Source: Pseudomonadota bacterium (GTDB taxonomy: Bacteria > Pseudomonadota > Alphaproteobacteria > Caulobacterales > Hyphomonadaceae). From it: a stretch of DNA of 45,161 nt. The position numbers and the translations under genes are program-made. Shown in pieces: positions 18,097-27,346 of the stretch (the stretch's first letter is position 1; every line of letters begins with the position of its first letter). Location of the stretch: positions 1 through 45,161 of the forward strand of contig JBCCDZ010000001.1 in NCBI GenBank assembly GCA_039030525.1, read 5' to 3'. Below the pieces are notes generated by a model. That model ran no database searches. It saw nothing but the letters and a program-made list of their open reading frames with translations, and had not been told where the DNA came from.

Positions 18097-18633
18097 TTAC
18101 TCGGGTGGAGGCGCCAGCCGGATCAGGCGAGAGTCCGCGACCGCCGCGCTCCGGTGAAAGGCATTCTTCTGATATTCCGGGTCGTTCACGAAGCTGAGGA
18201 ATGCCGCGAAGCTCGGATACTCAATGATGAAAGCGGCATCCCAAGTCTCGTGTTGAGGGCCGATCAGCATGAGTTGTGGAACGCCTATGTAAATCGGCTT
18301 GCCGCCGACGCCCGTGGCAAACGGTGCCGAGAGGCGCGAATATTCGGCATAGGCCTGTTCGCCGCTCCAGCCCTTGGAGGCGAATTCGCTGCCTTCGGCG
18401 TACGCGGCGTCGTCATTGAAGCGGATCAGATTGAGCATTTGCAGCGGTTGATCCATCGGCAAAGCCTGCATCGCAGCATAAGCTTCGGGTGTCGAGTTGA
18501 CATATGTCGGAGGGGCTTCAGAGATGGTACTCGCATCGCCAGGATCCGCGGCTTGAGCGTTGACGACGAGCGGCGCCATCGCAATTAAACCTATACTTAG
18601 AAGCGAAGAGGTTAGAACAGAAGATAGTCTCAT
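18097..18633 (-). CDS. DUF1330-like protein with signal peptide
   Basis: MLNLIRF...Y....SGEQAYAEY, LIGP..E.WD.AFI.EYPS..AF....DPEYQ...HR.AAV.DSRLI; N-terminal Sec-type signal. Confidence 0.85.
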   Translation of the reverse strand: MRLSSVLTSSLLSIGLIAMAPLVVNAQAADPGDASTISEAPPTYVNSTPEAYAAMQALPMDQPLQMLNLIRFNDDAAYAEGSEFASKGWSGEQAYAEYSRLSAPFATGVGGKPIYIGVPQLMLIGPQHETWDAAFIIEYPSFAAFLSFVNDPEYQKNAFHRSAAVADSRLIRLAPPPE

Positions 18634-18948
18634 GGTTGGGTGCCTTTCTTGATTGGCATTCGTGCGTTCTGGGAGGATCCTGAAGCTGTGGCCGGATCGA
18701 AAATATCGCGTCGGTCGATTTCGCGTTGTAGCGCGTTACCAATTCAAGGACGAAAGCCTCAGCGAGGGTGATTTCATCTGTGTAATGGCTTGCGAAAATG
18801 GCGTCCACGGACGCTGTGAGAATTGGACCATCTAGTTTCATTAGCCAAACACCTTGATCGAGAATTCACACGAAAAGTATGATGCATTTGAAATTAGTCA
18901 TTCGATTAGTTTGCGACTAGATGGCGAAATAATGCACCATCTTTATTT

Positions 18949-19854
18949 CTACGCGTCCGCGGCACCCAAGAACGCGTTTTTAGAATCCCGAAGCACCTTT
19001 TCCGCGAACGTCATAAAGGCTTTGATGCGCGCGGTACGCCTCAAATCGCTGTGGGTCAGAAGCCAGATATCTCTCGCTTTGGTCGGCTTTCGGTCCGACG
19101 CCCGAACCAGAGCGGGGTCTTGATCACCAATAAAACAAGGCAGCATTGCCAAGCCCAAACCTCCGCGCGCCGCCGCCTGTTGTAGAGCCGGACTTGGGAA
19201 GTATCCCCAAACAGGCACATTCTTGAACGCTGTCTCTTTCGTCCAATCAGGGTATCGCTCGTCACCCTCCCGCCAGCAAATCCATCGCGCCAATTCCGGA
19301 TCATTTTCAAAATCATGCGTACTCAAATAACCTTTCGTCGCATAGGCGGTTTCATAATAAGGAAATAGCCGCTTTCCAACAAGAGATTCCGGTGGGTTAT
19401 TGTTCGTTCGGATCGCAATATCTGCCTCCCGACGCGAAATATCCAACACCTCAGTGGTGGCGATAATACGCACATCGATTCCCGGGTGAGCATCGGCAAA
19501 TTCAGCGAGTCTCGGCGCGAACATATTCACTGCGACGGGCTCGGCCATGGTGATCGTGACGACGCCACTAAGATCACCTTCTTGACCAGATATTTGGCGC
19601 TCAATGTCGTTCAACCGCAATCCGCAATCACGTGCCACGGACGCAAAGTCCTCGCCAGCAACTGTCAGGACATATCCTTCAGGATGCCGGTTGAATAGCC
19701 GTGTCCCGAGTGCGTGCTCCAAATTCTCTATCCGCCGACTCAAAGTTGAGTGATGGACACCGAGCTCTCTCGCGGCGCGCCGAACCGAGCCGGCGCCGGC
19801 GACAACCGCGAAACTTTTCACTTCTTCCCAATCAAGATTCTGCGCGCCTAGCAT
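18949..19854 (-). CDS. LysR family transcriptional regulator
   Basis: LDWEEVKSF.VVA.AGS...AARELGV.HSTLSRRI..LE..LG.RLF.R; DISRREADIAIR; RBS CAGGAG before ATG 19854. Confidence 0.95.
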   Translation of the reverse strand: MLGAQNLDWEEVKSFAVVAGAGSVRRAARELGVHHSTLSRRIENLEHALGTRLFNRHPEGYVLTVAGEDFASVARDCGLRLNDIERQISGQEGDLSGVVTITMAEPVAVNMFAPRLAEFADAHPGIDVRIIATTEVLDISRREADIAIRTNNNPPESLVGKRLFPYYETAYATKGYLSTHDFENDPELARWICWREGDERYPDWTKETAFKNVPVWGYFPSPALQQAAARGGLGLAMLPCFIGDQDPALVRASDRKPTKARDIWLLTHSDLRRTARIKAFMTFAEKVLRDSKNAFLGAADA

Positions 19855-19972
19855 TCGTCGCTCCTGTGATGCCTTTTGTCTGGCTAATCTGCGCACCGAT
19901 TTAGCGCTTGATCAACTGTTTCGTTCGGTTACTGCGCGCATATAGTGACGCGTGACCGGTCATGGAAACATC

Positions 19973-20001
19973 GAAGGGGTCCGACACAGTCGAGCCCCTT
20001 C
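19973..20001. terminator. Stem-loop just downstream of the 33-aa ORF
   Basis: GAAGGGG-TCCGAC-ACA-GTCGA-GCCCCTTC; no clear T-run. Confidence 0.45.
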
Positions 20002-20005
20002 TAGG

Positions 20006-20107
20006 TTAAGTGATTTGAATTGCGGCATACATGCCTGGGGCGCATATAATGAACGCGACAAAGGCCGTAAAAAAGGCGGCATGAGCCGCTTGGGTAATGG
20101 TCTTCAT
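20006..20107 (-). CDS. Small hydrophobic protein (33 aa)
   Basis: MKTITQAAHAAFFTAFVAFIICAPGMYAAIQIT; RBS GGAGAG 5 nt before ATG; downstream hairpin. Confidence 0.55.
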   Translation of the reverse strand: MKTITQAAHAAFFTAFVAFIICAPGMYAAIQIT

Positions 20108-20364
20108 TTTGACTCTCCAATCATTGGGCAACGCATCATTGCGCCGCCAGTGATCAGAATGTGCCCCAGACGAGCACAGAATTCTTGAGAATGACGTGAG
20201 AAGGTTTTGATATAATCTGAATTCCCGCACAGCCTTGTTTTTAATCGATTTATATATCAATATTGCCAAGTTTTCTGATGACGGTAGGGTGATAGGAAGA
20301 CAAAAAGACGTGCGTGATTCAGGTTCTGAGCAATTTCTGAGCGAGTGGGGAGTTATTGATAGGC

Positions 20365-22359
20365 ATGACCGAACGCCAGATTCTTATTGCATCGCGGCTT
20401 CGGGTTGACGTTTCTGACGAGCGTGCCTGGCTCGAAGAAACCCCATTGGCGCTCAGCCAAAAACCATTTCAGCTCCTCGTCACGCTAATGAGGTCGCCGC
20501 AATTATTGGTGACAAAGGATGACTTGATCGAGCAAGTTTGGGAGGGACGCGCCGTCTCTGACGCAGTGCTGACCACTGCGATTAAGGAACTCCGTCAAGC
20601 GCTCGGAGATCGTGCCAAGGCGTCAGAGTTTATCGGCACGGTACACGCAAAAGGCTATAGATTTCTTCAGCCGGTCAAGTCCGAAACCTCGACTCATTCC
20701 CCAGGCTTTTTCGATGCGCCTGCATCGGGCAAATCCGTCGCCGAAAACGCCCAAGCCGGTTCCGAGACGGAACCAAATCCGACAGCAACCAGGACACCGA
20801 CGAATAGGCCCATAAATATCGTCATCGGCATTGCCGCATTGGTGGGGCTCGCTCTCGTTTGGCTTGCTTTGTCTCAACCTAGACCAGACGCGCCGGCAGA
20901 AACTGGTGCGCCCACCTCAATTGCGGTTCTGGCATTTGAAGATCTTTCAAGCGAAGGAGACCAGTCCTACTTTTCAGACGGGATCTCTGAGGAAATCCTC
21001 AACAGTCTGGTCAAGCTTGAGAAACTACGCGTGGCCGGACGCACATCGTCTTTCTCCTTCAAAGGTCGTCAAACAGATATTCAAACGATTGGCGACGCAT
21101 TGAATGTCGAACATGTTTTAGAAGGATCGGTACGAACCAATGGCGACCGCGTTCGCATTACCGCCCAACTGATTAAAGTCGATGACGGATATCACGTCTG
21201 GTCAGAAGTATATGAACGCCAGACTGACGATATATTTGCTATTCAAGATGAGATCGCGCGGTCGGTAGCGGAAGAACTGAAAGTCCTCCTGGTCGGCGAG
21301 GTGACGCCGCAACTGGTCGCTGCTCCGACCACAGACCAGGAAGCCTATCGGCTATATTTACAGGCAAACGCCCTGCTCGCGCGGCGCGTAGGTAATAATA
21401 TTCCTCGGTCAATTGAAGTGTATCAACAGGCGATTGATCGCGATCCAAACTTCGCACGGGCCTGGTCTGCCATGGCGAGTGCTTATGCTGTGCAACCCGA
21501 TTATGATTATACGATCGATCTCGAGCGCGCGGCCGGTCTGGCGCGAGAGGCGGCAGAGGCAGCAATCGCGCTCGATCCTGAACTCGCGGAACCACATGCC
21601 GTGCTCGGTCTGATTGCCTTTGATCATCGCAATTATGTTGACGCGCGGCGCGCCTTTGACCGCGCCAGTGAGCTTAATCCAAATGATACGAATGTGATGT
21701 TCTGGCATGCTACCCTGTTGCGATCTGTCGGCGACATGGAAGCGGCGGCGCAATTGTCTGAAAGAGCGGTTCGCGCTGATCCGATATCACCCCTCGGCTA
21801 TGTCTCCAAAGCGACTTATGCGTTTGCGATGGGCGACCTCGAAACCGCGACATCACTGGCGGAACGCGCGCGCGATCTTGGACACCCTACGGGAAACTAC
21901 ATCCTCGCAAAGATCGCGGAGCGGTCCGGCGATGCGGTCCGGGCGCAAGCCCTACACTTGGAATCCTTTAATGATAGCGGCGTCTCAACCTGGTTCACGC
22001 CAGAAGATGTCGGCACCCTTATTCAAGGAACTTATGGGATCGATCAGGACCGAGATGCGGCGCGTACGCTGGTGACGAACTATATTTCCGACCCGAGGCA
22101 GAAACGCGACATTCTCGCGCCGAATGTGCTGCTCGATATGGGCATGATTGAAGATGCCTTGCGCCTGTTTGAAACAAGCCAAACCTCGCTCGACCAGTTT
22201 TTTCTGCTTCCGGTATGGGGACCGGGCGGCGGCCCCGTGCGCAGCCATCCCTATTTTGGTAGTTTTGTAGAAAATATTGGGCTGACCGAATATTGGTCCG
22301 TCTATGGCTGGCCGGATAGCTGCGACCCGCGCGAGAATGGCTCAATCGTCTGTAATTAG
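20365..22359 (+). CDS. Membrane-anchored transcriptional regulator: CadC/OmpR-type wHTH, TM, TolB-like domain, TPR repeats
   Basis: LVTKDDLIEQVWEG..VSD..L...I.ELR.ALGD....FI.TV..KGYRF; TM segment; SIAVLAFEDLS...YFSDGISEEI...RVAGRTSSF...VLEGSVR; TPR motifs AI.RDPNFA.AW. Alternative TTG start at 20356. Confidence 0.92.
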   Translation: MTERQILIASRLRVDVSDERAWLEETPLALSQKPFQLLVTLMRSPQLLVTKDDLIEQVWEGRAVSDAVLTTAIKELRQALGDRAKASEFIGTVHAKGYRFLQPVKSETSTHSPGFFDAPASGKSVAENAQAGSETEPNPTATRTPTNRPINIVIGIAALVGLALVWLALSQPRPDAPAETGAPTSIAVLAFEDLSSEGDQSYFSDGISEEILNSLVKLEKLRVAGRTSSFSFKGRQTDIQTIGDALNVEHVLEGSVRTNGDRVRITAQLIKVDDGYHVWSEVYERQTDDIFAIQDEIARSVAEELKVLLVGEVTPQLVAAPTTDQEAYRLYLQANALLARRVGNNIPRSIEVYQQAIDRDPNFARAWSAMASAYAVQPDYDYTIDLERAAGLAREAAEAAIALDPELAEPHAVLGLIAFDHRNYVDARRAFDRASELNPNDTNVMFWHATLLRSVGDMEAAAQLSERAVRADPISPLGYVSKATYAFAMGDLETATSLAERARDLGHPTGNYILAKIAERSGDAVRAQALHLESFNDSGVSTWFTPEDVGTLIQGTYGIDQDRDAARTLVTNYISDPRQKRDILAPNVLLDMGMIEDALRLFETSQTSLDQFFLLPVWGPGGGPVRSHPYFGSFVENIGLTEYWSVYGWPDSCDPRENGSIVCN

Positions 22360-22393
22360 GCGCATTCCTGAGCCAAATGGCCGCAAAACCTGC

Positions 22394-22414
22394 CCTCAGA
22401 ACTTCCTCAGAACT
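22394..22414. promoter_or_regulatory. 11-bp-period direct repeat CCTCAGAACT x2 (candidate wHTH site)
   Basis: CCTCAGAACT at 22394 and 22405; the reverse-complement core TTCTGAG is repeated at 20324 and 20335. Confidence 0.55.
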
Positions 22415-22569
22415 CACATACGCGCAGTTTTTATTCCATCAAAACGGGGTGTTACCGTATTTCAGATTTGTTCAGCCAATCATCACCCCACACTCAGGAC
22501 TAAACGCCATCAAATCCCCTATCTCCTGGATCGTCGATCAACGACATCACCTCAAATCAGGAGAAAACA

Positions 22570-23139
22570 ATGCAAACCGAAATCACCCCAAACACCCCTA
22601 AGAACGGCGTCAATGTCGACGCAATCCTGCAAGCCCGGACAATTCTGGCAGACGCACCACAAGCCGCCGACTTCACTTGGAAAGCCACCAGCGAGTGGAA
22701 GGGCGGCGTGCATACACGCACAGAAATGAACAGCTATTTCGGCCTTGGTGAAAATCATCAACGCAAGCAGACTTTCGTCTCTGAAACCGATCATCCGGAA
22801 GTGTTCGCAGCCCCAGACAGTGCGCCGACACCGGTTGAGTTGGTTCTGTCAGGACTGGCAGGTTGCCTCGTCGCAGGTGTCGCCTCTGTTGCTGAGAACC
22901 GCGGTATTCAGTTGCACTCCGTCACGGCGACGCTCGAAGGCGATATGAACCTCTACGGGATCCTGGGCATCGACTCCAGCACCCGCAATGGCTTCAGCGC
23001 GGTTCGTGTTCGTTTCGATATCGATGCCGATGCAAGTCGCGAAGACATCGAAGCGCTGGTCGCTCAGTCGCAGAAACGGTCTGCGGTTTTCGACATCATC
23101 ACCAACCCAACCAACGTGTTCGTCGACGTCACCTGTTAG
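22570..23139 (+). CDS. OsmC family protein
   Basis: KNGVNVD, DHPEVF...D.APTPVE.VL.GLAGCL, SQKRSAVFD; RBS CAGGAG. Confidence 0.92.
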   Translation: MQTEITPNTPKNGVNVDAILQARTILADAPQAADFTWKATSEWKGGVHTRTEMNSYFGLGENHQRKQTFVSETDHPEVFAAPDSAPTPVELVLSGLAGCLVAGVASVAENRGIQLHSVTATLEGDMNLYGILGIDSSTRNGFSAVRVRFDIDADASREDIEALVAQSQKRSAVFDIITNPTNVFVDVTC

Positions 23140-23170
23140 TCGACCCTACGAAGAAGAAGGAGCGAGTTTC

Positions 23171-24421
23171 ATGCAACGCACCACCACGATCATCATTGGC
23201 GCCGGACAAGCCGGTCTCGCCATGAGCCACTGCCTCACCCAGCAAAACGTCGATCATGTCGTGTTGGAGCGCGGACAAATCGCCAATTCCTGGCGCACTG
23301 AACGGTGGGACTCGCTTCGCCTTCTTTCTCCCAATTGGCAAAGCCGATTGCCGGGATATGAGTATCAAGGGTCAGATCCTGACGGGTTTCGTACACTTGA
23401 TGAAACCGTTCAGTTCTTTGATGGCTATTCCTCCCAGATATCCGCACCCATCAAGACTGAAACCGGGGTGCTCGACGTTCAGCCATTTGGCGATGGTTAC
23501 CTCATTCGCACAAGCCAGGGTGACTGGCAGTGCCGCACGCTCGTCATCGCCACCGGCTGTATGAGCACCCCGAATATCCCAAAATTCGCTCAGGATTTAG
23601 AATCCGGTATTCGCGCACTTTCCTCGAAGGATTATCGCAACCCGGCACAAATCGAAGATGGCGGCGTGCTGGTAGTCGGTCCCTCAGCCAGCGGCGTACA
23701 GATCGCGCAAGAACTGCAACGCGCCGGTCGCGATGTTGTCCTTTCGATCGGCGAGCATGTCCGTTTGCCGCGCGCTTATCGCGGGCTCGACATATTACGA
23801 CTGATGGATGGAGCCGGCATTTTCGACCACACGATCCATGAGGTTGATGATCTCAATCGAGTTCGGCGGCTGCCGTCCATGCAGCTGATCGGGACGCCAT
23901 CCCGCGAAACGATAAGCCTGAACCGCCTGCAAGCCGATGGCGTCGACATAGTCGGCCGATCCATGGGCGCGCGTGGTAATTCAATTCAGTTTTCTGGATC
24001 CCTCGCGAATGTTTGCCAACTGGCGGATCTCAAAATGAACCGTCTTTTGCGAACGCTTGATGAGTGGATCGCCCGTGCCGATCCTGATGGCGTTAACAGT
24101 GACGCCTATCAATTGCCGGCGACCGAGATCCCGCAAACACCGCGCCTGTCGATCGACCTGCACGATCGCGGAATCAAGACCGTCATCTGGGCAACAGGAT
24201 TTCACCCAGATTATTCCTGGCTAAACATGCCGCTCACGAATGGTCGCGGGCATCTGCGCCATCAAGGCGGCGTCGTAGATGCGCCGGGCATATACGCCAT
24301 GGGCTTGCCGTTCATGCGCAAGCGGAAATCCAACTTCATCGACGGCGTTGCGGACGATGCGCGCGCCTTGTCCCTTCACCTGAGCGCATATCTGTCTGAC
24401 GCCACCGCTCAGGCTGCATGA
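23171..24421 (+). CDS. Flavin-dependent NAD(P)-binding oxidoreductase (FMO-like)
   Basis: IIGAGQAGL, W..ERWDSLRLL, IATG, YRNP, VLVVGPSASG.QIA, VIWATGF; start ATG 23171 after GAAGGAG. Confidence 0.92.
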   Translation: MQRTTTIIIGAGQAGLAMSHCLTQQNVDHVVLERGQIANSWRTERWDSLRLLSPNWQSRLPGYEYQGSDPDGFRTLDETVQFFDGYSSQISAPIKTETGVLDVQPFGDGYLIRTSQGDWQCRTLVIATGCMSTPNIPKFAQDLESGIRALSSKDYRNPAQIEDGGVLVVGPSASGVQIAQELQRAGRDVVLSIGEHVRLPRAYRGLDILRLMDGAGIFDHTIHEVDDLNRVRRLPSMQLIGTPSRETISLNRLQADGVDIVGRSMGARGNSIQFSGSLANVCQLADLKMNRLLRTLDEWIARADPDGVNSDAYQLPATEIPQTPRLSIDLHDRGIKTVIWATGFHPDYSWLNMPLTNGRGHLRHQGGVVDAPGIYAMGLPFMRKRKSNFIDGVADDARALSLHLSAYLSDATAQAA

Positions 24422-24446
24422 GCTCCCAACCCAAAGGACTGAACCC

Positions 24447-24989
24447 ATGAAATCCCCATCCGAAATCAAAACCGCACTCGACCGAGCCGCGAATATGATC
24501 GAAGCAAAGCCTGCGATTGGTCAGCGCGCCTATAGCAGTGTCGCCACCGTCGCCTCCGGCCTGACTTGCTCAATCACTGAGAAGGAATGGACCTTCGCCT
24601 CAGATACGCCAGAAGCGATGGGCGGCGAGAACGGCGCCCCGTCTCCCAGCACCCTATTCCGCGCTGCCGTCGCAAGTTGTGTCGCAATGGGCATCAAGAT
24701 GTGGGCGGCGCGAAAAACCGTTCCGATTGATCATGTCGAAGTCTGTTTCCGAACCGACGTTGATGCCCGCGGACAATTTGGTGTTTGCGACGAGGTAGCG
24801 GCCGGTTTCGAACAAGCCAGCCTGTCCATCTGCGTTGTCTCAGAGGCGGCCGAAGAAGACGTTCGCGCTACGATCGCCGCATCGCTGAAATACTCACCCA
24901 TGATCGATGCGCTGAAAGGCGGCTTTCCGATCAAAACAGACATCGAGATCAACCGATCCATCGTCGACATGAAAGGAGTGGCGGCATGA
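24447..24989 (+). CDS. OsmC family protein
   Basis: D.PEAMGG...PSPS.L.RAA.ASC, D.RG.FG, YSP..D motifs. Confidence 0.9.
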   Translation: MKSPSEIKTALDRAANMIEAKPAIGQRAYSSVATVASGLTCSITEKEWTFASDTPEAMGGENGAPSPSTLFRAAVASCVAMGIKMWAARKTVPIDHVEVCFRTDVDARGQFGVCDEVAAGFEQASLSICVVSEAAEEDVRATIAASLKYSPMIDALKGGFPIKTDIEINRSIVDMKGVAA

Positions 24990-25807
24990 CCCCGAAATTA
25001 CAAACACGCGTCCAGCGATATGGCTGGGACAAGGCCGCGCCATATTATGATGCGGGCTGGCGGGACAGCCTGGCCCCCGCACAGCAATCGCTGCTGGAGC
25101 TTTCTTCGGCGCAGCGCGGCGAGACCGTCCTGGACTTAGCTTGCGGAACAGGTCTGGTGACATTCCCGCTCGCCAGCCAGGTCGGCGAAACGGGGCACGT
25201 CATTGCCACCGATCTATCAGACGCCATGGTCACGCAAATTCAATCGCAGGCCTCAGCGCGTAGATTGGCAAATATCACCGCCTTCCGCGCCAATGCCGAG
25301 GACTTGAGTACCATCGAGTCAGAAACCTGCGACTTGGTGACCTGCGCGCTCGGACTGATGTACTGTCCGGAGCCGATGAACGCGATGCGCGAAGCTGCCA
25401 GAACCCTTCGCACCGACGGACGTGCCGTGTTCGCGGTTTGGGGTGCGCGGCGGGCATGCGGTTGGGCCGATATTTTTCCGATCGTGGATTCCCGAGTGAA
25501 GTCAGACGTTTGTCCGATGTTTTTCCGTCTCGGCACTGGTGAAACACTGTCGCAGGAAATGACGAAAAGCGGCTTCAAGGACGTGGACTGCGTTCGTATT
25601 CAGGCCGACTTGCCTTACGAAACCGATCGCGCGGCGCTTGATGCTGCTTTTTTAGGTGGCCCTGTCGCACTTGCGTATGACCGGTTCGACGCGGAAACCA
25701 AACGCGCCGCCGAAGCGGATTATCTGGAATCAATCGCGCCGTTCAAATCTGGCGGATCGTACAAAATCCCTGGCGAATTCGTCATTTGCTCGGGTCGGAA
25801 GGCGTGA
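24986..25807 (+). CDS. Class I SAM-dependent methyltransferase
   Basis: VLDLACGTG, ATDLS..M, DLVTCALGLMY, R.L...G; ATGA overlap; RBS AAAGGAG. Confidence 0.92.
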   Translation: MTPKLQTRVQRYGWDKAAPYYDAGWRDSLAPAQQSLLELSSAQRGETVLDLACGTGLVTFPLASQVGETGHVIATDLSDAMVTQIQSQASARRLANITAFRANAEDLSTIESETCDLVTCALGLMYCPEPMNAMREAARTLRTDGRAVFAVWGARRACGWADIFPIVDSRVKSDVCPMFFRLGTGETLSQEMTKSGFKDVDCVRIQADLPYETDRAALDAAFLGGPVALAYDRFDAETKRAAEADYLESIAPFKSGGSYKIPGEFVICSGRKA

Positions 25808-25885
25808 GTGATATTGACCGAGGCAGAAACGAGTTCGCTACGTCTCAACCTACAGCGTACGACGTGGCAGACTAATATGCCGGAA

Positions 25886-25971
25886 ATATCAGCGGAATGA
25901 GAGCTTTAAACGCTCTGCTCTAGGCTCGATTTATGCCGCTAGACCCGTTTAGGGCTCTCATTCCCAGATAT
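25886..25971. repeat. Long imperfect inverted repeat between convergent operons
   Basis: GGAATGAGAGCTTTAAACG ... CGTTTAGGGCTCTCATTCC (19-bp arms, two G-U-compatible mismatches), extended by ATATC/GATAT and an inner TCTAG/CTAGA stem. Confidence 0.7.
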
Positions 25972-25981
25972 TGAAACCTGA

Positions 25982-27346
25982 TCACGAATTCGACTCAGCG
26001 CCGCGCGTCTCGGGGCCAGCCTCGTGTCCCAATTGCCCTGTCAAAGCGAGCAGGTTGAGGCGCTCGGTCAATAAGGCGTATTTGACCCGGATCAGTTCGA
26101 TCCGTGCTTGTTCATAATCCAGGCGATCCTCGACCAAGTCAGGTAACGTTTTCAATCCGGCATCAAACTCGATTTCCGCGGCTTCGAACTGTTCAAATTT
26201 ACGGTCTTCGACGCTCGCGCGCCGTACGCTTTGGGCATAGAGGGAAAGCGCGCGCCGGCGCGTGATCAGTATATCCTCGCGAAGCTGCCGCCTTTGCCGG
26301 ATGAGGTCCGCCCGCGCGCGCGCCACTTCGGCATCCGCCGCTTGCGATCGTGCATTCAATGCCGACCCTGAAAAAATCGGAACTGACACGTCAATGCCGA
26401 CGCGATCGCGAAACTCCCACGTGTTGAACTGGTCCAAATAGGCGTATGAGCCAATCGCGACCACATCGACGACCGGCAAACGCTCGCGCTTGGCCCGCGC
26501 CTGATCGGCTTTCAGGCCGCCGAGGTTTCGACGCGCGGCTTCGATATTCGGATTGCTGATCAAAGCTAGATCAGTCTCCATATCGCTGAATCCATCTGCC
26601 GCCCCAGGTAGTTCCGGTGATCGATCATAACAAAGTGACACCGGCCGGTTCACATCCGTGGCAACTTGCAAACTGCTTTGTTCAATCTGGAAGTCGATTT
26701 CAAATCGTTCCGCTTCTGCTTCGGCGAGACGCGCGGCAACTTCTGCGACTTCCGAACGAGTCGCGCCACCGATTTCGAGCGCGTTTTGCAAAGCTGATAA
26801 TTGACGACGAAAATAGTCTTCCCGTTCGCTCGTGACCTGTTTGCGCTCAAACGCCTCTAAGGCTGAAATATAAGACAGCGCGACTCGGCGTGCGGCATCG
26901 GCTTCAACACTCAATTGCGTTTGCTCTGCCGCTCCCACTCTACTGTTCGCCGCTTCGCGAGCAAACCGTGCGTCACCAAAATCCCATAAACGCTGCGAGG
27001 CACGAAACCCAACTTGATTGTCGATCGCGTTACCGGTCAAACCCCCGTCCCCGGCTTGCGTCCGTGCAAAGCTTGAAACTTGCGGGCGGGATAATGACCG
27101 CGCCAATCGGAGATCAGCCTTTGCGCCCGCAATTTGCGCTTGCGCAACAGCAACATCTGGACTGGCTTGCGCCGCCGCCTGCATTGCGGCCGCGATCGGC
27201 AAACAGACGCCCGGAGCGGCTTCGACAGAAGTCAACTCAACTGTCGGGATCTCGGACTCTTCCTCGAACAAGATGATCGTTTCCTGAGAGACGGCTGAAA
27301 GTGATGTTGTCACCGCAAGCGCAAGACTGATTGAAAAGCGTTTCAT
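25982..27346 (-). CDS. tolC: TolC family outer-membrane efflux protein
   Basis: Signal peptide; two OEP repeats (SQRLWDFG; ERLPVVD...VSVPIFSG; FDAGLKTL.DL). Confidence 0.9.
   Translation of the reverse strand: MKRFSISLALAVTTSLSAVSQETIILFEEESEIPTVELTSVEAAPGVCLPIAAAMQAAAQASPDVAVAQAQIAGAKADLRLARSLSRPQVSSFARTQAGDGGLTGNAIDNQVGFRASQRLWDFGDARFAREAANSRVGAAEQTQLSVEADAARRVALSYISALEAFERKQVTSEREDYFRRQLSALQNALEIGGATRSEVAEVAARLAEAEAERFEIDFQIEQSSLQVATDVNRPVSLCYDRSPELPGAADGFSDMETDLALISNPNIEAARRNLGGLKADQARAKRERLPVVDVVAIGSYAYLDQFNTWEFRDRVGIDVSVPIFSGSALNARSQAADAEVARARADLIRQRRQLREDILITRRRALSLYAQSVRRASVEDRKFEQFEAAEIEFDAGLKTLPDLVEDRLDYEQARIELIRVKYALLTERLNLLALTGQLGHEAGPETRGAESNS

Noticed and set aside
18052-18588. 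178-aa plus-strand ORF
   Set aside because: Antisense to the well-supported DUF1330 gene.
18518-18841. 107-aa minus-strand ORF with a weak RBS upstream of DUF1330
   Set aside because: Overlaps the DUF1330 start out of frame and has no recognisable motif; it may be a decayed gene but cannot be supported.
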